From Mytilus californianus (Eukaryota): 64,000 nucleotides of DNA. Position numbers and translations under genes: made by a program. Of this stretch, positions 50,946-63,198 are shown in pieces; within the stretch, counting starts at the first letter, position 1; each line of letters starts with the position of its first letter. The notes beneath the pieces are model-generated. The model worked only from the letters and a program-made list of their open reading frames with translations, had not been told where the DNA came from and made no database searches. The DNA is taken from NCBI RefSeq assembly GCF_021869535.1, contig NW_026262745.1, positions 8,618,001-8,682,000 of the forward strand. Reading direction: 5' to 3'.

Positions 50946-53900
50946 TTGTAATGAAATGATGGTTACCAAGAACAAGTTATTATGAGAATCTTAATGGAGT
51001 GAGGGATTCATTTGTTTACAAAATGGTGGGTCCTGTCTAATTTTCATGACTTATAATAGTGAAACCCTGCCTTAAAAATAGTTTGTATACTGTAACTGTC
51101 ATGTTGGTCTGTCCATATAATCTAAATGATTGCACAATAAATTATAAAAGCCATAGTCAGTCCCTCAATCAACCTTCAGACATTATTCCCCTACAGTAAA
51201 TATTTGATCTGTGTAGACACCTCTTTTGAGGTAATTTCAGTATGTTTAGAATATTTTAAGAGGGTTAAAGAGCAGTTTATATTTTCTAAAATAAAAGTAC
51301 TGATAAACCTCTAGGTTGAAGTCAATTTATTCTGTTTAGCCTATTTTCAGAGTGTTCAATTGCATTTTTTTCTTAACAAAATGTCTGTTCTCTATTGAAG
51401 TTTTTCACAAGAAAAACACCTAAAAAACAGAAAGAAAAAAAATCTGATGAAATTACTTTTTTTCTAGTCAGCACTAAGTTTAAAAAAACTCAGGAATTGA
51501 CAGTTCAATATATAAATGGCCATTATGAGATTTTCAAATAATGAAGGCCTAGGTACTCAAGTTATTAACAGGGAATAATATTAATGTTATTCAGAAAATT
51601 GAAATTTTGTGTTGTTTCAGTTGCATAACCTTTTGTAATTAAGGTAGCTTGGCTTTGTGTGAATCAGATTGACCTTAGCAAAGATAGTTTAATTTTGGAT
51701 TTTTAAGGTTCTATGCATCATAAAATTGGCAGATTAGAATCTAGTGGCAAATAAATTTTATACTATATAACGATGGTATCAAAACCTATTTTTCATTTAT
51801 CATGTAAAGTCATTAGATGATTTCTAAAAAGTAATATAGTTTTCTTGAATCACAAAGACATTAAATCGTTCCAGGCAGATATTGTAAAATATTATTACAA
51901 GGGATGAATATAAAACAAATCAGATGACATGTTACAACTCAGTAACCTCTTGGTCGATCGGGAGAGGATATGATAAGGAGTGGTAACTAATGACTCCATA
52001 CTAATAGTTGGGAAATAAATAGTTATAGTTTTAATTGTCCTCTATATGATAGAATACCTGATTATTGTTTTACAATGAATAGTTTTATGAAATAAAACTG
52101 TTCCAATGCTATGGTTCTTAGTTTTGTCTGTATACTAAAAGGATTAATAATTTGGATCAGATGGTTCCGTATGGCTTGGTTTGTTTGGTTGGCTGCTGAT
52201 AACATTATATAACACACGCAATGGAATAACAACAGAAAACCGTTATGAACATGACTATCCACAAAGTCTGTAGAAAACATGTATCTTACTGGTCATAGAT
52301 CTCAAACCTCTGGATGTTGGCTGTATGATGTTATTATATGATATCTATACCTAGTGGTCATAGATGATCCCTCTTAAAGGGAAAATCCTGTTTTAAGATT
52401 ATCTGGATCAATGAGTTGGAGTTAGACAGTTATTTGTCTAGTTGTGTTTTGGTTAGTTAATTATTTAAAAAGTAATACAAGGAAGTCTACATTTGTCATA
52501 AAAGAGGGTCCTACGTCAAACAGTATATCATTTCAAATAGTTTTCTGTACTGACCTTTGAGGCAAGATTTCTTTTCTTAATATACAACACTTTTATTGCA
52601 TTTGGGTATTATCTTGCTAATTATTCAAAGGTAATTGTGTTTGTTTCTTTTGCAATGTCATTGTTAACTTCCTTTTCTTGAATATCTGATAGATTTGTAA
52701 GGATCTTGACCCTTTAACCTTATCAAGAGGTGTAAGATTTCTATAAAGTACGGAATAGTTGTCCTCAGCAACTTTAAAAACAAAAAAACCACTCAGAGAC
52801 AATTAGAGGTCTTGAACGATTTTTGTCAAGGTCATTATCAACCTTGAGTCTGAATAGGTGGGAAATAAATTGAATGAAGACAACCAAACATCTGCCATCT
52901 AAACTAAATACCCTTAAGGACAAAAGACAATGTCTCTCTTTTGATTTTATTGAGCACTCAACATGAGCACTTATTGCTTTAAATTTTTTCATCAAATATA
53001 CTTACAATTTATTCTTTTTACTAAAAGTATCACAAGGTTTATAAAGATTGTTAACCTTGTTATCTTTTGCAAAAGCATCAAAATTGCTTAAAATAAATAA
53101 AACTAAGATTTCTTTTTTTTTGTCTGTGAATACATTATGGGCTTTAAGATTAAACAGTCATTTACTAAACTCAGAAAATGTTTGACCAAATTGTATCCAG
53201 ATTTTATTGACCAATAACAATTGAATAATTGCTGGGTGGGTGCTCAATGTCCAGCAGGAAATATAACATTTGTATGTTATATACCCAGGACTATAACGTA
53301 TAACATATGTTAAAATAATGTGAAGATACTAATTATCCGATGTGCTTTGAGTTGGTTTTTTTTTGGAAATGGTATCTCACAAGGTAGCAGTCCACAGAAA
53401 GGCATATTATTTCCCTACCCCAGGATAATCTAATTAATGGGAAGTCATTCAAGGTCAGACATAATCTGTAAAATACAGATTTTTTCTTTCTGCAAATCTA
53501 TTTACATTTTAGAAAATGGTTGGAATATAATCATTTTTCAAATATAATACTGAAATATTAATAACACTTACAATTGAGAAGTCAGTAAACACTCCCTTTA
53601 TTACCTGAGTAACTGACCTGTCAATGAACTTGTCTACAAACTTGTGCAGGACATTACATGTACATTTATTATTTACCATTAATGTGTTGTCAAGTTTTTG
53701 TATGTATTCTAATGAATATTTATTGAAAAAGCCCATGCAAAACCATGAGACTAACCACTCTTCATTGTTGATTAGCTATCTGTTATTTCTAGACAAACAG
53801 TACTCCCTGCAGTTGTCTTCTGAAAGAATCAAAATGTCTGCCAGTATAGACTAACCTCTGTTTATTTCAGAAATAATGTTTTGTGCAAACTAATAATTAT

Positions 53901-54153
53901 TCTCATCAGACTGTTTTGGCATGACATGGGAAAAAACTATCAATATGTAAAAATAAATATGCATTCCATTGTTAACAGCCAGTCTGAAGAAATACAAAGA
54001 AATTGCATAACTGCACAGATGTATCTGTCAGGCAGTTTTTACATTTATACATTTTAAACTTTTCTGTTCCCTCAGTTGATGCTCTACCTATATTTTGTAA
54101 AGTTAAACTTGTGTAAAGTCTTTTTACAAGTTAGGCAATTGTATATTCTGTAG

Positions 54154-55745
54154 TTAAGTCTCCCAAACGAAGTTTTGGAAGACTTATTGTTTTTGCTCAG
54201 TTCTTATTATTATTATTATTCTTCTTCTTCTTCCGCCGCTTTTAAATTTGAACTTGTCCGCACCCGTTCTCCAAAACCGCTTGTCAAATTAACTTAGGGT
54301 TTCACAATATGTTAGACTAACATGTCTAGTGGTGCAATCAGGGTTTTGTTTGTGCAATGGGGTTTATAAAGGGGTACTTTGAGGGGCAAAAAGAAAAGAG
54401 GGTTTTACTATAGAACCCTATGGGATTTTATTTTTAAAAATTTTCAAATGATTATAAATTGAAAACTGTTTGTGATAGACACAATCTTTTTAATTGAAAA
54501 TGTTCTAAATGATAAAGCCCATTAAATGAAATACAGGGTTAGTCCCCAGGGGTCACCCCCACCCCCTGCCATTAAAGAAAATTCTAATACCTTGTAAGTG
54601 GTCAAGATCCCCACCCCTAAACCATATATATTTTGGTTTGTCATGCTAAGATGGTTTGAATGATATACAGGGTTAGTCCCCAGGGGTCATCCTGACCCCC
54701 TGCCATTTGAGAAAGTTCTAATATCTTGTAAATGGTTGAGATCCCCACCCCTAAACCATATATATTCTGTTTTGTCATGATAAAGCACATCAAATGAAAT
54801 ACAGGGTTAGTCCCCAGGGGTCACCCCCACCCCATGCCATTTAAAAAAGTTCTAATATCTTGTAAGTGGTCAAGATCCCCACCCCTAAACCATATATATT
54901 CTGGTTTGTCATGCTAATATGGTTTGAATGATATACAGGGTTAGTCCCCAGGGGTCATCCCGACCCCCTGCCATTTGAGAAAGTTCTAATATCTTGTAAA
55001 TGGTCGAGATCCCCACCCCTAAACCATATATATTCTGGTTTGTCATGATAAAGCACATCAAATGAAATACAGGGTTAGTCCTCAGGGGTCACCCCCACTA
55101 CCTGCCATTTAAGAAAGTTCTAATATCTTGTAAGTGGTCAAGATCCCCACCCCTAAACCATATATATTCTGGTTTGTCATGCTAAGATGGTTTGAATGAT
55201 ATACATGGTTAGTCCCCAGGGGTCATCCAGACCCCCTGCCTTTTGAGAAAGTTCTAATATCTTGTAAATGGTCGAGATCCCCACCCCTTAACCATATATA
55301 TTCTGGTTTGTCATGATAAAGCACATCAAATGTAATACAGGGTTAGTCCCCAGGGGTCACCCCCACCCCATGCCATTTAAGAAAGTTCTAATATCTTGTA
55401 AGTTGTCAAGATCCCCACCCCTAGACCATATATATTCTGGTTTGTCATGCTAAGATGGTTTGAATGATATACAAGGTTAGTCCCTAGGGGTCATCCCGAC
55501 CCCCTGCCATTTGAGAAAGTTCTAATATCTTGTAAATGGTCGAGATCCCCACCCCTAAACCATATATATTCTGGTTTGTCATGCCAAGATGATTTGAATG
55601 ATATACAGGGTTAGTCCCCAGGCATCACTAATGCATATAACTTTACTGGACCAAACCAATTTTAGGCGACCCTGGGAATTACGAATTATGGGAGCTTCGT
55701 TTGGGAGACTTCGTAACAGCATCCTGTTACAATCATTTCTTGTTT
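54154..55745 (+). mobile_element. HINE family F with a 134-bp x 8 central array
   Basis: Perfect 17-bp subTIR aagtctcccaaacgaag (54156) / cttcgtttgggagactt (55695), (att)n(ctt)n microsatellite, 3' hairpin gtaacagcatcctgttac. The atac.ggtt anchor recurs every 134 bp from 54531 to 55603. Confidence 0.92.
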
Positions 55746-56056
55746 TATTTATTTTTGTGATACCAACTTTTGTGGATTAAGGAAAAATTGTATATTCATG
55801 GATATTTCATTTCATGGATTTTCCAAAGTCTTTATACTATATAAGAATAAGGAGATGTGGTATGATTGCCAATCAGACAACTATCCACCAAAGTTCAAAT
55901 GAAGTGGATAGAAGAACTTATAGGTAACCGTACAGCCTTCAACAATGAGATAAACCTATACCATATAGTCGGCTATAAAAGCCTATAGATAATTATTACT
56001 TCGTTGAACATTTGAATTCATGGTTAATCTTTTCCCAGGAAATCCCCTAAAATTGG

Positions 56057-56276
56057 TGAGCCTCCACATGGGGTTTTTGATTATGTGATTACTTGGCAGT
56101 TTTTATAGTGATTATTTGATTACCAGACCAAATATTTCATGTTTATTTGATAATCTAGGACTGTATTTTTGATTATTTGATTATCTTGTTTAAAGAAATA
56201 TTAAATGATTATGTGATTATATTGGCAAAAAATTTGTGATTATGTGATTACTTGGACACCACCATGAGGGGCCTCA
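56057..56276. mobile_element. 220-bp MITE, TGAG..CTCA ends, ttgg duplication
   Basis: Imperfect TIR tgagcctccacatgg / ccatgaggggcctca with internal gattatgtgatta repeats. It interrupts the sequence aaaattggtacc. Confidence 0.7.
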
Positions 56277-57056
56277 TTGGTACCCCACGAATGATAATGA
56301 AATCACAGTACCATTTTCTTTGTGCATTTATATGCAAATATCTCAACCTTTACATAATATTTAAGGATAAAGAAAATAAAAATATTAAGAAACTGGAACC
56401 AAAACTATTCTTTAACTAACAATGTCTGTGAGAAAAAACCCGGAATATTAAGTATCTACGCACTCAACATGATTCCATAGAAATACTTGTAAGTAAGGTT
56501 TAAACCCAATACTTGTCTTTCTACTTTAGTGCTTTTGTCTCACAATCCTTTGAATTATTGCATGTTTCCAGCTCATAAAGATTCTTAAAAGTATTGTCAA
56601 TGTGCAGACAAAAAGATTATAATGCCATTTGTAGATAATATCTTAAGATTCTCGTCTTTGAGAGACATGCAAAAATAAGAAATGAAAAAAGTGTGTCAAG
56701 TCGATCAATTTCAAATCACAAGAATATTTATGAGTTTAAGGGCATACACGCTGGTGATTTCATCAAAAAAGGTCATAAAATAAAGATAAACCTTGATTTA
56801 GACTGCAGACAAAATAATGCGTTCACGTTATTTCTGAACAAGTGTATATAACTTACATTTCATTGCCTCCTTATCAAGTGTCAACATTTAGATTTTCATT
56901 ATTATGACTCATTCATCCAAATAACTATTTCAGGGACAAAATGACTATATGTATTTGATATTCTGCAGTGATAGATATTTTTCTTCTCTCACTTTTTGCT
57001 GAGGTTGCAATGTTGATGGGAAAGATTATGCTAGAGCACTGCATATATATATATAT

Positions 57057-57194
57057 TTGGTGTCACGATATCTCAGTAGCATGAGTTCGAATCCCGGCGA
57101 GGGAAGAACAAAAAATTTGCGAAAGCAAATTTACAGATCTAACATTGTTGGGCTGATGTTTAGACGAGTTGTATATATATATATATATATATAT
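57057..57194 (+). mobile_element. 5'-truncated tRNA-derived SINE with a (TA)n tail, inserted in a TA tract
   Basis: B-box gagttcgaatccc; (ta)n on both sides. Confidence 0.7.
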
Positions 57195-57301
57195 AAAATC
57201 ATTGCATGATCAGAAATTAAATAAATTTTCTAAGTTTTATATATTTTACCAGAAAATATTTCTTGGGAATTCCCCTTTTAACAAATCTCTTATATTTTCA
57301 G

Positions 57302-57827
57302 ACGTGGAAAACACCTATTTGAGCTTTGCAAATCCAAATTATCACTACGAAGATAGAAAGAACAGTAACGACAAACTGAATAAAGACGTTTACCATAACG
57401 ATAACAACATTTATGACGAGGTTGATGTGAGCACCATTTCTCTTCTTGATAAACAGAACGGTCAAGAAACAAAAGACATGAAAGTAGAAAATAAGGAACT
57501 AGACAAATTGTCACAAAAGAAAAGACATCTTTTGAATGATGTCAATTCTTCAGATGATGAGGTTGCTACGTCCACAGATGAAGAAATTGAAAACAAAGAT
57601 CGTGGAAAAAACGAAAAAGTCCTAAGTGAAAACAAAAAAAACTTGAAGAATAGTGACAGTGGATTTGAAGAGTTGGATAATTCTAAAACAAGTAGAAACA
57701 GGAAGAAGCAAGGGTTTATGGGATACTATACAATGTTAGAAGCTAAGGCCAAGGAAAAACAGCTGAAGATTCTGGAGACTCCTGATACAGAGGAAGATAC
57801 ACCAACAGGGGGTAGCAAGTTTACAAA
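57302..57827 (+). CDS. coding exon of an unassigned gene: acidic, Lys-rich disordered region with Tyr motifs
   Basis: ttttcag acceptor at 57301 and a 526-nt open frame. The aa|gttagt donor at 57828 gives phase 2, matching the next exon. Motifs NPNY, IYDEV, DSGFEE, YYTML. Confidence 0.85.
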
Positions 57828-58346
57828 GTTAGTTTTAGTAGACTCTGCAATAATCAAAATTGGGTATTTATTTTGAACTATGCATACATTTGTAGTCACA
57901 GTCATTCCATAAGCAGTTGAGAGTACAAAACTTATTGAATGAAAAAAAAATATACGAATGGCATCTCTCACTTGGTTCCTAGTAGACCAATGTCTTAATT
58001 TCTTACACTACTCAATATAGCCTTGTTTTCAAGTGGTGATCAAAAGTATCCTCCCAGTCTCAGGTTATTAACAATTCAGATACTACTAGTAGATACTGGA
58101 CATTAAACAATCAATAATCAATCAATCAATCAAGGACAAGTGTTAAGAGACATCCAAATTTGATGACTGGTATTTTCTAGAGTATTGAAGTGTGCACATC
58201 CATTGCTCATGCTTTCTTAAAAAAATAACTGAAAAGCTATTGTTATTCTATCAGTTATTTCTGCTTCATTTCTTCCTTAGATTTAAATTGTAGAAATTCT
58301 GTGAAGCCTCCTTATTTGATGTGAGTCTACAAAAAATCTTAAATAT

Positions 58347-59232
58347 AGTGGATTGGTAGTTGTGTGGTCTTAGTAGTCCAACTACTCTATCAATAGCCTG
58401 TCAACACGGATAGTAGTCCAACTACTCTATCACTAGCCTGTCAACACTGAGGTTGTGAGTTCTAATCCTACTCTTTCACTAGCCTGTCAACACTGAGGTT
58501 GTGAGTTCAAACCCTACTCTATCACTAGCCTGTCAACACTGATAGTAGTCCAACTACTCTATCACTAGCCTGTCAACACTGATAGTAGTCTAACTACTCT
58601 ATCACTAGCTTGTCAACACTGATAGTAGTCCAACTACTCTATCACTAGCCTGTCAACATGGATAGTAGTCCAACTACTCTATCACTAGCCTGTCAACACT
58701 GAGGTTGTGAGTTCTAAACCTACTCTATCACTAGCCTGTCAACACTGAGGTTGTGAGTTCTAATCCTACTCTATCACTAGCCTGTCAACACTGAGGTTGT
58801 GAGTTCTAATCCTACTCTATCACTAGCCTGTCAACACTGATAGTAGTCCAACTACTCTATCACTAGCCTGTCAACACTGATAGTAGTCCAACTACTCTAT
58901 CACTAGCCTGTCAACACTGATAGTAGTCTAACTACTCTATCACTAGCCTGTCAACACTGATAGTAGTCTAACTACTCTATCACTAGCCTGTCAACACTGA
59001 TAGTAGTCCAACTACTCTATCACTAGCCTGACAACACTGATAGTAGTCCAACTACTCTATCACTAGCCTGTCAACACTGAGGTTGTCAGTTCAAACCCTG
59101 CACGATTGACAGTTTTCTTTCCAAAGGTTATGGTTCTCTCAGGGCACTCTGGCTTCACCCACCAAAAAAAACTGACCGCCACAAAATAGCCAATAGTGCT
59201 GAAAGTGGTGTTTAACACAAAACAATCAATAC
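58347..59232 (+). mobile_element. tRNA-derived SINE whose head is amplified into a 17-unit 40/46-bp tandem array
   Basis: The units match the A-box-to-B-box interval of the SINEs at 10105 and 28948. The normal SINE 3' body resumes at about 59085. Confidence 0.9.
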
Positions 59233-60002
59233 AACTAAAATCGATTGTAAGTGTACTGAATTGTTCATGACTGATGAGTAACTCTTATCTAAGATTTTTT
59301 GTAAAATGAAGGCCTGGTCATTGTTCTAGTACTAAGGCAACACAATTGCCAAGTGAGCTGTTAAATGCCAATAAGTAGTCTATAACATACTGGCATTGAT
59401 AAAAAAATAATGAAAAGGTATCAAAGAAATGAGTCTTTAACTGCTACTTAATGTGGAATGGATACCCAGGTGATGATGTTGAATTTTATGGATGGATGAC
59501 AATGTCTTCATTTTATAATCTTATTCAGATCTTGTATTGTCACGATAAATTTATATTTTAAACATCTCTGCTACAGGTTTTGTCCATTTGAGGTTAGTTT
59601 AAGTTCAGGTTATGCTGAAACCTATTGTTAAAAATATCTTTTATTAATGCAAAAATATATAGCAGACTTTCTACAATTGTTTTGAAACAGAAAAATATAT
59701 CACTAAACCCATTGAGCATTCTTCCTTAAATATACAAAATTAAAACCAACATACTTTTATAGTGTGAAAAATTAATTAACAACCAACAAACTTTTAATTA
59801 ATTTTATCTTGTGAAACTATTTTATTATCGTCACACAAATTAATTGCTGTACAAATGAACCTGTATAATTCTGAACTGAAAATTGATAGTCTAAAAATTA
59901 AAATGTTTTGTAATAAGAAATACAAATTAAAACACCAGTAGAATTGACTTTTAATTTATACTTTTACCAGACAACATTTATAAAATTTATTGTCAATTTC
60001 AG

Positions 60003-60201
60003 GTTTGGATTTGACATCAACTCTCCCGACTCTAATGATAGTGGTATCCAATCAGATGCTAGATCAGATGATGGAAGCAGTCACGTACATGGTCCAGTGA
60101 ATGATGACATCTATGCAGTGGTGTGTAAATCTACCAGCTCTGACCTCGGTCTGCTGAGAATAGAGAACAGTGGTAGTGAAGATAACACTCCAACAGAAGA
60201 G
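60003..60201 (+). CDS. coding exon of the same gene (FGFDINSPDSNDSGIQSDARS..IYAVVCK..TPTEE)
   Basis: tgtcaatttcag acceptor and gag|gtaaac donor, phase 2 to 0; the junction codon AA+G encodes Lys. Confidence 0.85.
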
Positions 60202-60390
60202 GTAAACATTGATTGCACTCTCGGAAAATATTGTCATTCATTTAGTGTGTCCGCTTGTCTTCTGGTAAAGTGTAGTAAGATGATAAAAAGACGTAATATC
60301 TTAATGTAATTTCACCACAAAATACATCAAGATATGAACTGTAAAAAATAGGTCCAAATGCTGCAAGGTTAATATTAGAGATTAATGTTC

Positions 60391-60435
60391 CAGCATCACT
60401 GATGAGTCTTTTGTAGACGAAAAGCGAGTCTGACG
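60391..60435 (+). ncRNA. minimal type I hammerhead-ribozyme motif, probably impaired
   Basis: catca-CTGATGA-GTCT-TTTGT-AGAC-GAAA-agcga-GTC-tgacg: intact core, 4-bp stem II, stem I tca/tga, GTC cleavage triplet. The first stem III pair is A-G instead of C-G. Confidence 0.65.
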
Positions 60436-60951
60436 TGCACAATTTTAATCCTGGTATATTCATGGTTCTTTTTTTTTTAAGATTTAGGTATCTTGGTATC
60501 ACAATGTAATTTCATAACAGAATGCACCAAGTTATGAAATGTCTCAAATATAGGTAAAAAGATTTGGTATGAAATTTATTTTTTTGTAACTTCTTGGTTA
60601 ATTTTCAAGAGTCTTCATTAAGGCACATTGATATTTTTTTTCTTCAAAATGAACATTTAAGAAAACAATTGAGAATATACCCTGGTATATACATATCCTA
60701 CATCTGTAAATGAAATCAACAAACTAGGGTGTACTTTACTTGTCTAATAAGAAAGCTTCAGACAATTATGACTTCGTTATTCTTTGGCCAAGCTATATGG
60801 TGACATAGTTACTGTATTTTTGTATTTTTGGGTTGCTGTCTCATTAATGTTCGTAATAGAATAATCCAAGCATAGTTACATTGTCATAAAATTACTAGCC
60901 AACATATTAACATATAAATGGAAAGAGCATTTAAGAGGATAACAGACCCTA

Positions 60952-63198
60952 CCTTTTTATTTGCGGTCGTATATTGGTATGACGTTGGCGTCGTCGTCGT
61001 CGTCCGAAGACACATTGGTTTTCGCACTCTAACTTTAGTTTAAGTGAATGGATCTCTATGAAATTTTACCATAAGGTTCAATACCTCAAAAGGAAGGTTG
61101 GGATTGATTTTGGGGGTTATGGTACCAACAGTTAAGGAATTAGGGGCCAAAAAGGGGCCAAAAATAAGCATTTTTGTAACTTCCAGACATAACTTGTGTG
61201 TTAGTGTATGGATCTCTCTGACATTGTTCCACAAGGTTCCATATCACACAGGGAATGCTGGGATTGATTTTGGGGGTAATTGCCTCAAAATATTAGGAAT
61301 TAGGGGCCAAAAAAGGGGCAAAAAACAAGCATTTTTCTAGTTTCATGACAATAACTTGTGTGTAAGTGTATGGATCTTTCTGAAATTGTACTACAAGGCT
61401 CCATATCACAAAGGGAAAGCTGGAATTGAGTTTGGGGGTAATTGCCCAAAATGTTTAGGAATAACGGGCCAAAAAGGGGCCAAAAATAAGCATTTTTCTA
61501 GTTTCCAGACAATAACTTGTGTTCAAGTGTATGGATCTCTCTGAAATTGTACCACAAGGTTCCATATCACACAGGGAATGCTGGGATTGATTTTGGGGGT
61601 AATTGCCTCAAAATATTAGGAATTAGGGGCCAAAAAAGGGGCAAAAAACAAGCATTTTTCTAGTTTCATGATAATAACTTGTGTGTAAGTGTATGGATCT
61701 TTCTGAAATTGTACTACAAGGTTCCATATCACAAAGGGAAAGCCGGAATTGAGTTTGGGGGTAATTGCCCAAAATGTTTAGGAATAAGGGGCCAAAAAGG
61801 GGCCAAAAATAAGCATTTTTCTAGTTTCCAGACAATAACTTGTGTTCAAGTGTATGGATCTCTCTGAAATTGTACTGCAAGGTACCATACCACAAAGGGA
61901 AGGCTTGGATTGAGTTTGGGGGTGATGAATCATAAGGGGGTTCATAAAATTTGGGGGGGGGGGATTTTTTTTTTTTTCCTTTTTTTCTTTTTTTCCTTTT
62001 TTTTTCTTTTAAAATTTTCCATTTTAAGTTGGTTATTTCTCTGTTTTATATTTAAAAGCAAATAATGATGATATGGTAGGAGATACACACCAAACAGGAT
62101 GTGTAAATTATTATATAATAAGTATTGTGCAATAGCAAGAAATTTTCAATTGCACAGTATTGCATAATAGCAAGAAATCTTCAATTGCACAGTGTTGTGC
62201 AATAGCAAGAAATCTTCAATTGCACAGTATTGTGCAATAGCAAGAAATATCCAATAGCACAATATTGCGCAATAGCAAGAAATTGTCAATTGTACAGTAT
62301 TGCGCAATTGCAAGAAATATTCAATTGCACAGTATTGTGCAAAAGAAGATACTTCGTATAAGTTGCTTATTTCTTGACCAATTTCAATGGGGTTTTATTC
62401 TTGAATTCTTGGGGTTCTTAAATATGCTGATTCTAACCGTGTATTAAGTTTTTGGATTTTGGGCCCCGTTTTTAAATTGGTCCACATTGAGGTCCAAAGG
62501 GTCCAAAATTAAACTTTGTTTGATTTCATCAAAAATTGAATTATTGGGGTTCTTTGATATGCCGAATCTAACTGTGTATTTAGATTCTTAATTTTTGGTT
62601 CCGTTTTCAAATTGGTCTACATTAAGGTCCAAAGGGTCCAAAATTAAACTTAGTTTGATTTTAACAAAAATTGAATTCTTAGGGTTCTTTGATATGCTGA
62701 ATCTAAACATGTATTTAGATTTTTGATTATGGGCCCAGTTTTCAAGTTGGTCCAAATCGGGGTCCAAAATTAAACTTTGTTTGATTTCAACAAAAATTGA
62801 ATATATGGGGTTCTTTGATATGCTGAATCTAACCATGTATTTAGATTTTTGATTTCTGGGCCCCATTATCAACTTTGTCCACATTGAGGTCAAAAGGGTC
62901 CAAAATTAAACTTTGTTTGATTTCATCAAAAATTGAATTCTTGGGGTTCTTTGATATGCTGAATCTAACCATGTATTTAGATTTTGGATATTGGACCATA
63001 ATAGGTGAATGTCCAATTTAAAAATTTTAAGTTCTTAGACCACATTCATTCTGTCAGAAACCTATGCTGTGTCAAATATTTAATCACAATCCAAATTCAG
63101 AGCTGTATCAAGCTTGAATGTTGTGTCCATACTTGCCCCAACTGTTCAGGGTTCGACCTCTGCGGTCGTATCAAGCTGCGCCCTGCGGAGCATTTTAT
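60952..63198 (+). mobile_element. HINE family D, long form with three different internal arrays
   Basis: 161/162-bp repeats (61189-61870), a 35-bp x 7 array (62123-62345), 126-136-bp x about 4 repeats (62455-62995), and the same 3' end as 49638-50945. Confidence 0.92.

Noticed and set aside
57169-57301. N-terminal MYIYIYIYIK.. extension of the 235-aa ORF
   Set aside because: It starts in a (TA)n SINE tail and runs through intron; the exon begins after the ttttcag acceptor at 57301.
58371-59095. CRISPR-like appearance of regularly spaced repeats
   Set aside because: There are no unique spacers, the units derive from a SINE head, the context is eukaryotic, and no cas genes are present.
50064-61867. 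Repeated ORF MCVSVWIF..GSL at 50064, 61356 and 61679, and related ORFs at 18081, 61040 and 61098
   Set aside because: These come from HINE family D repeat monomers, not a gene family.
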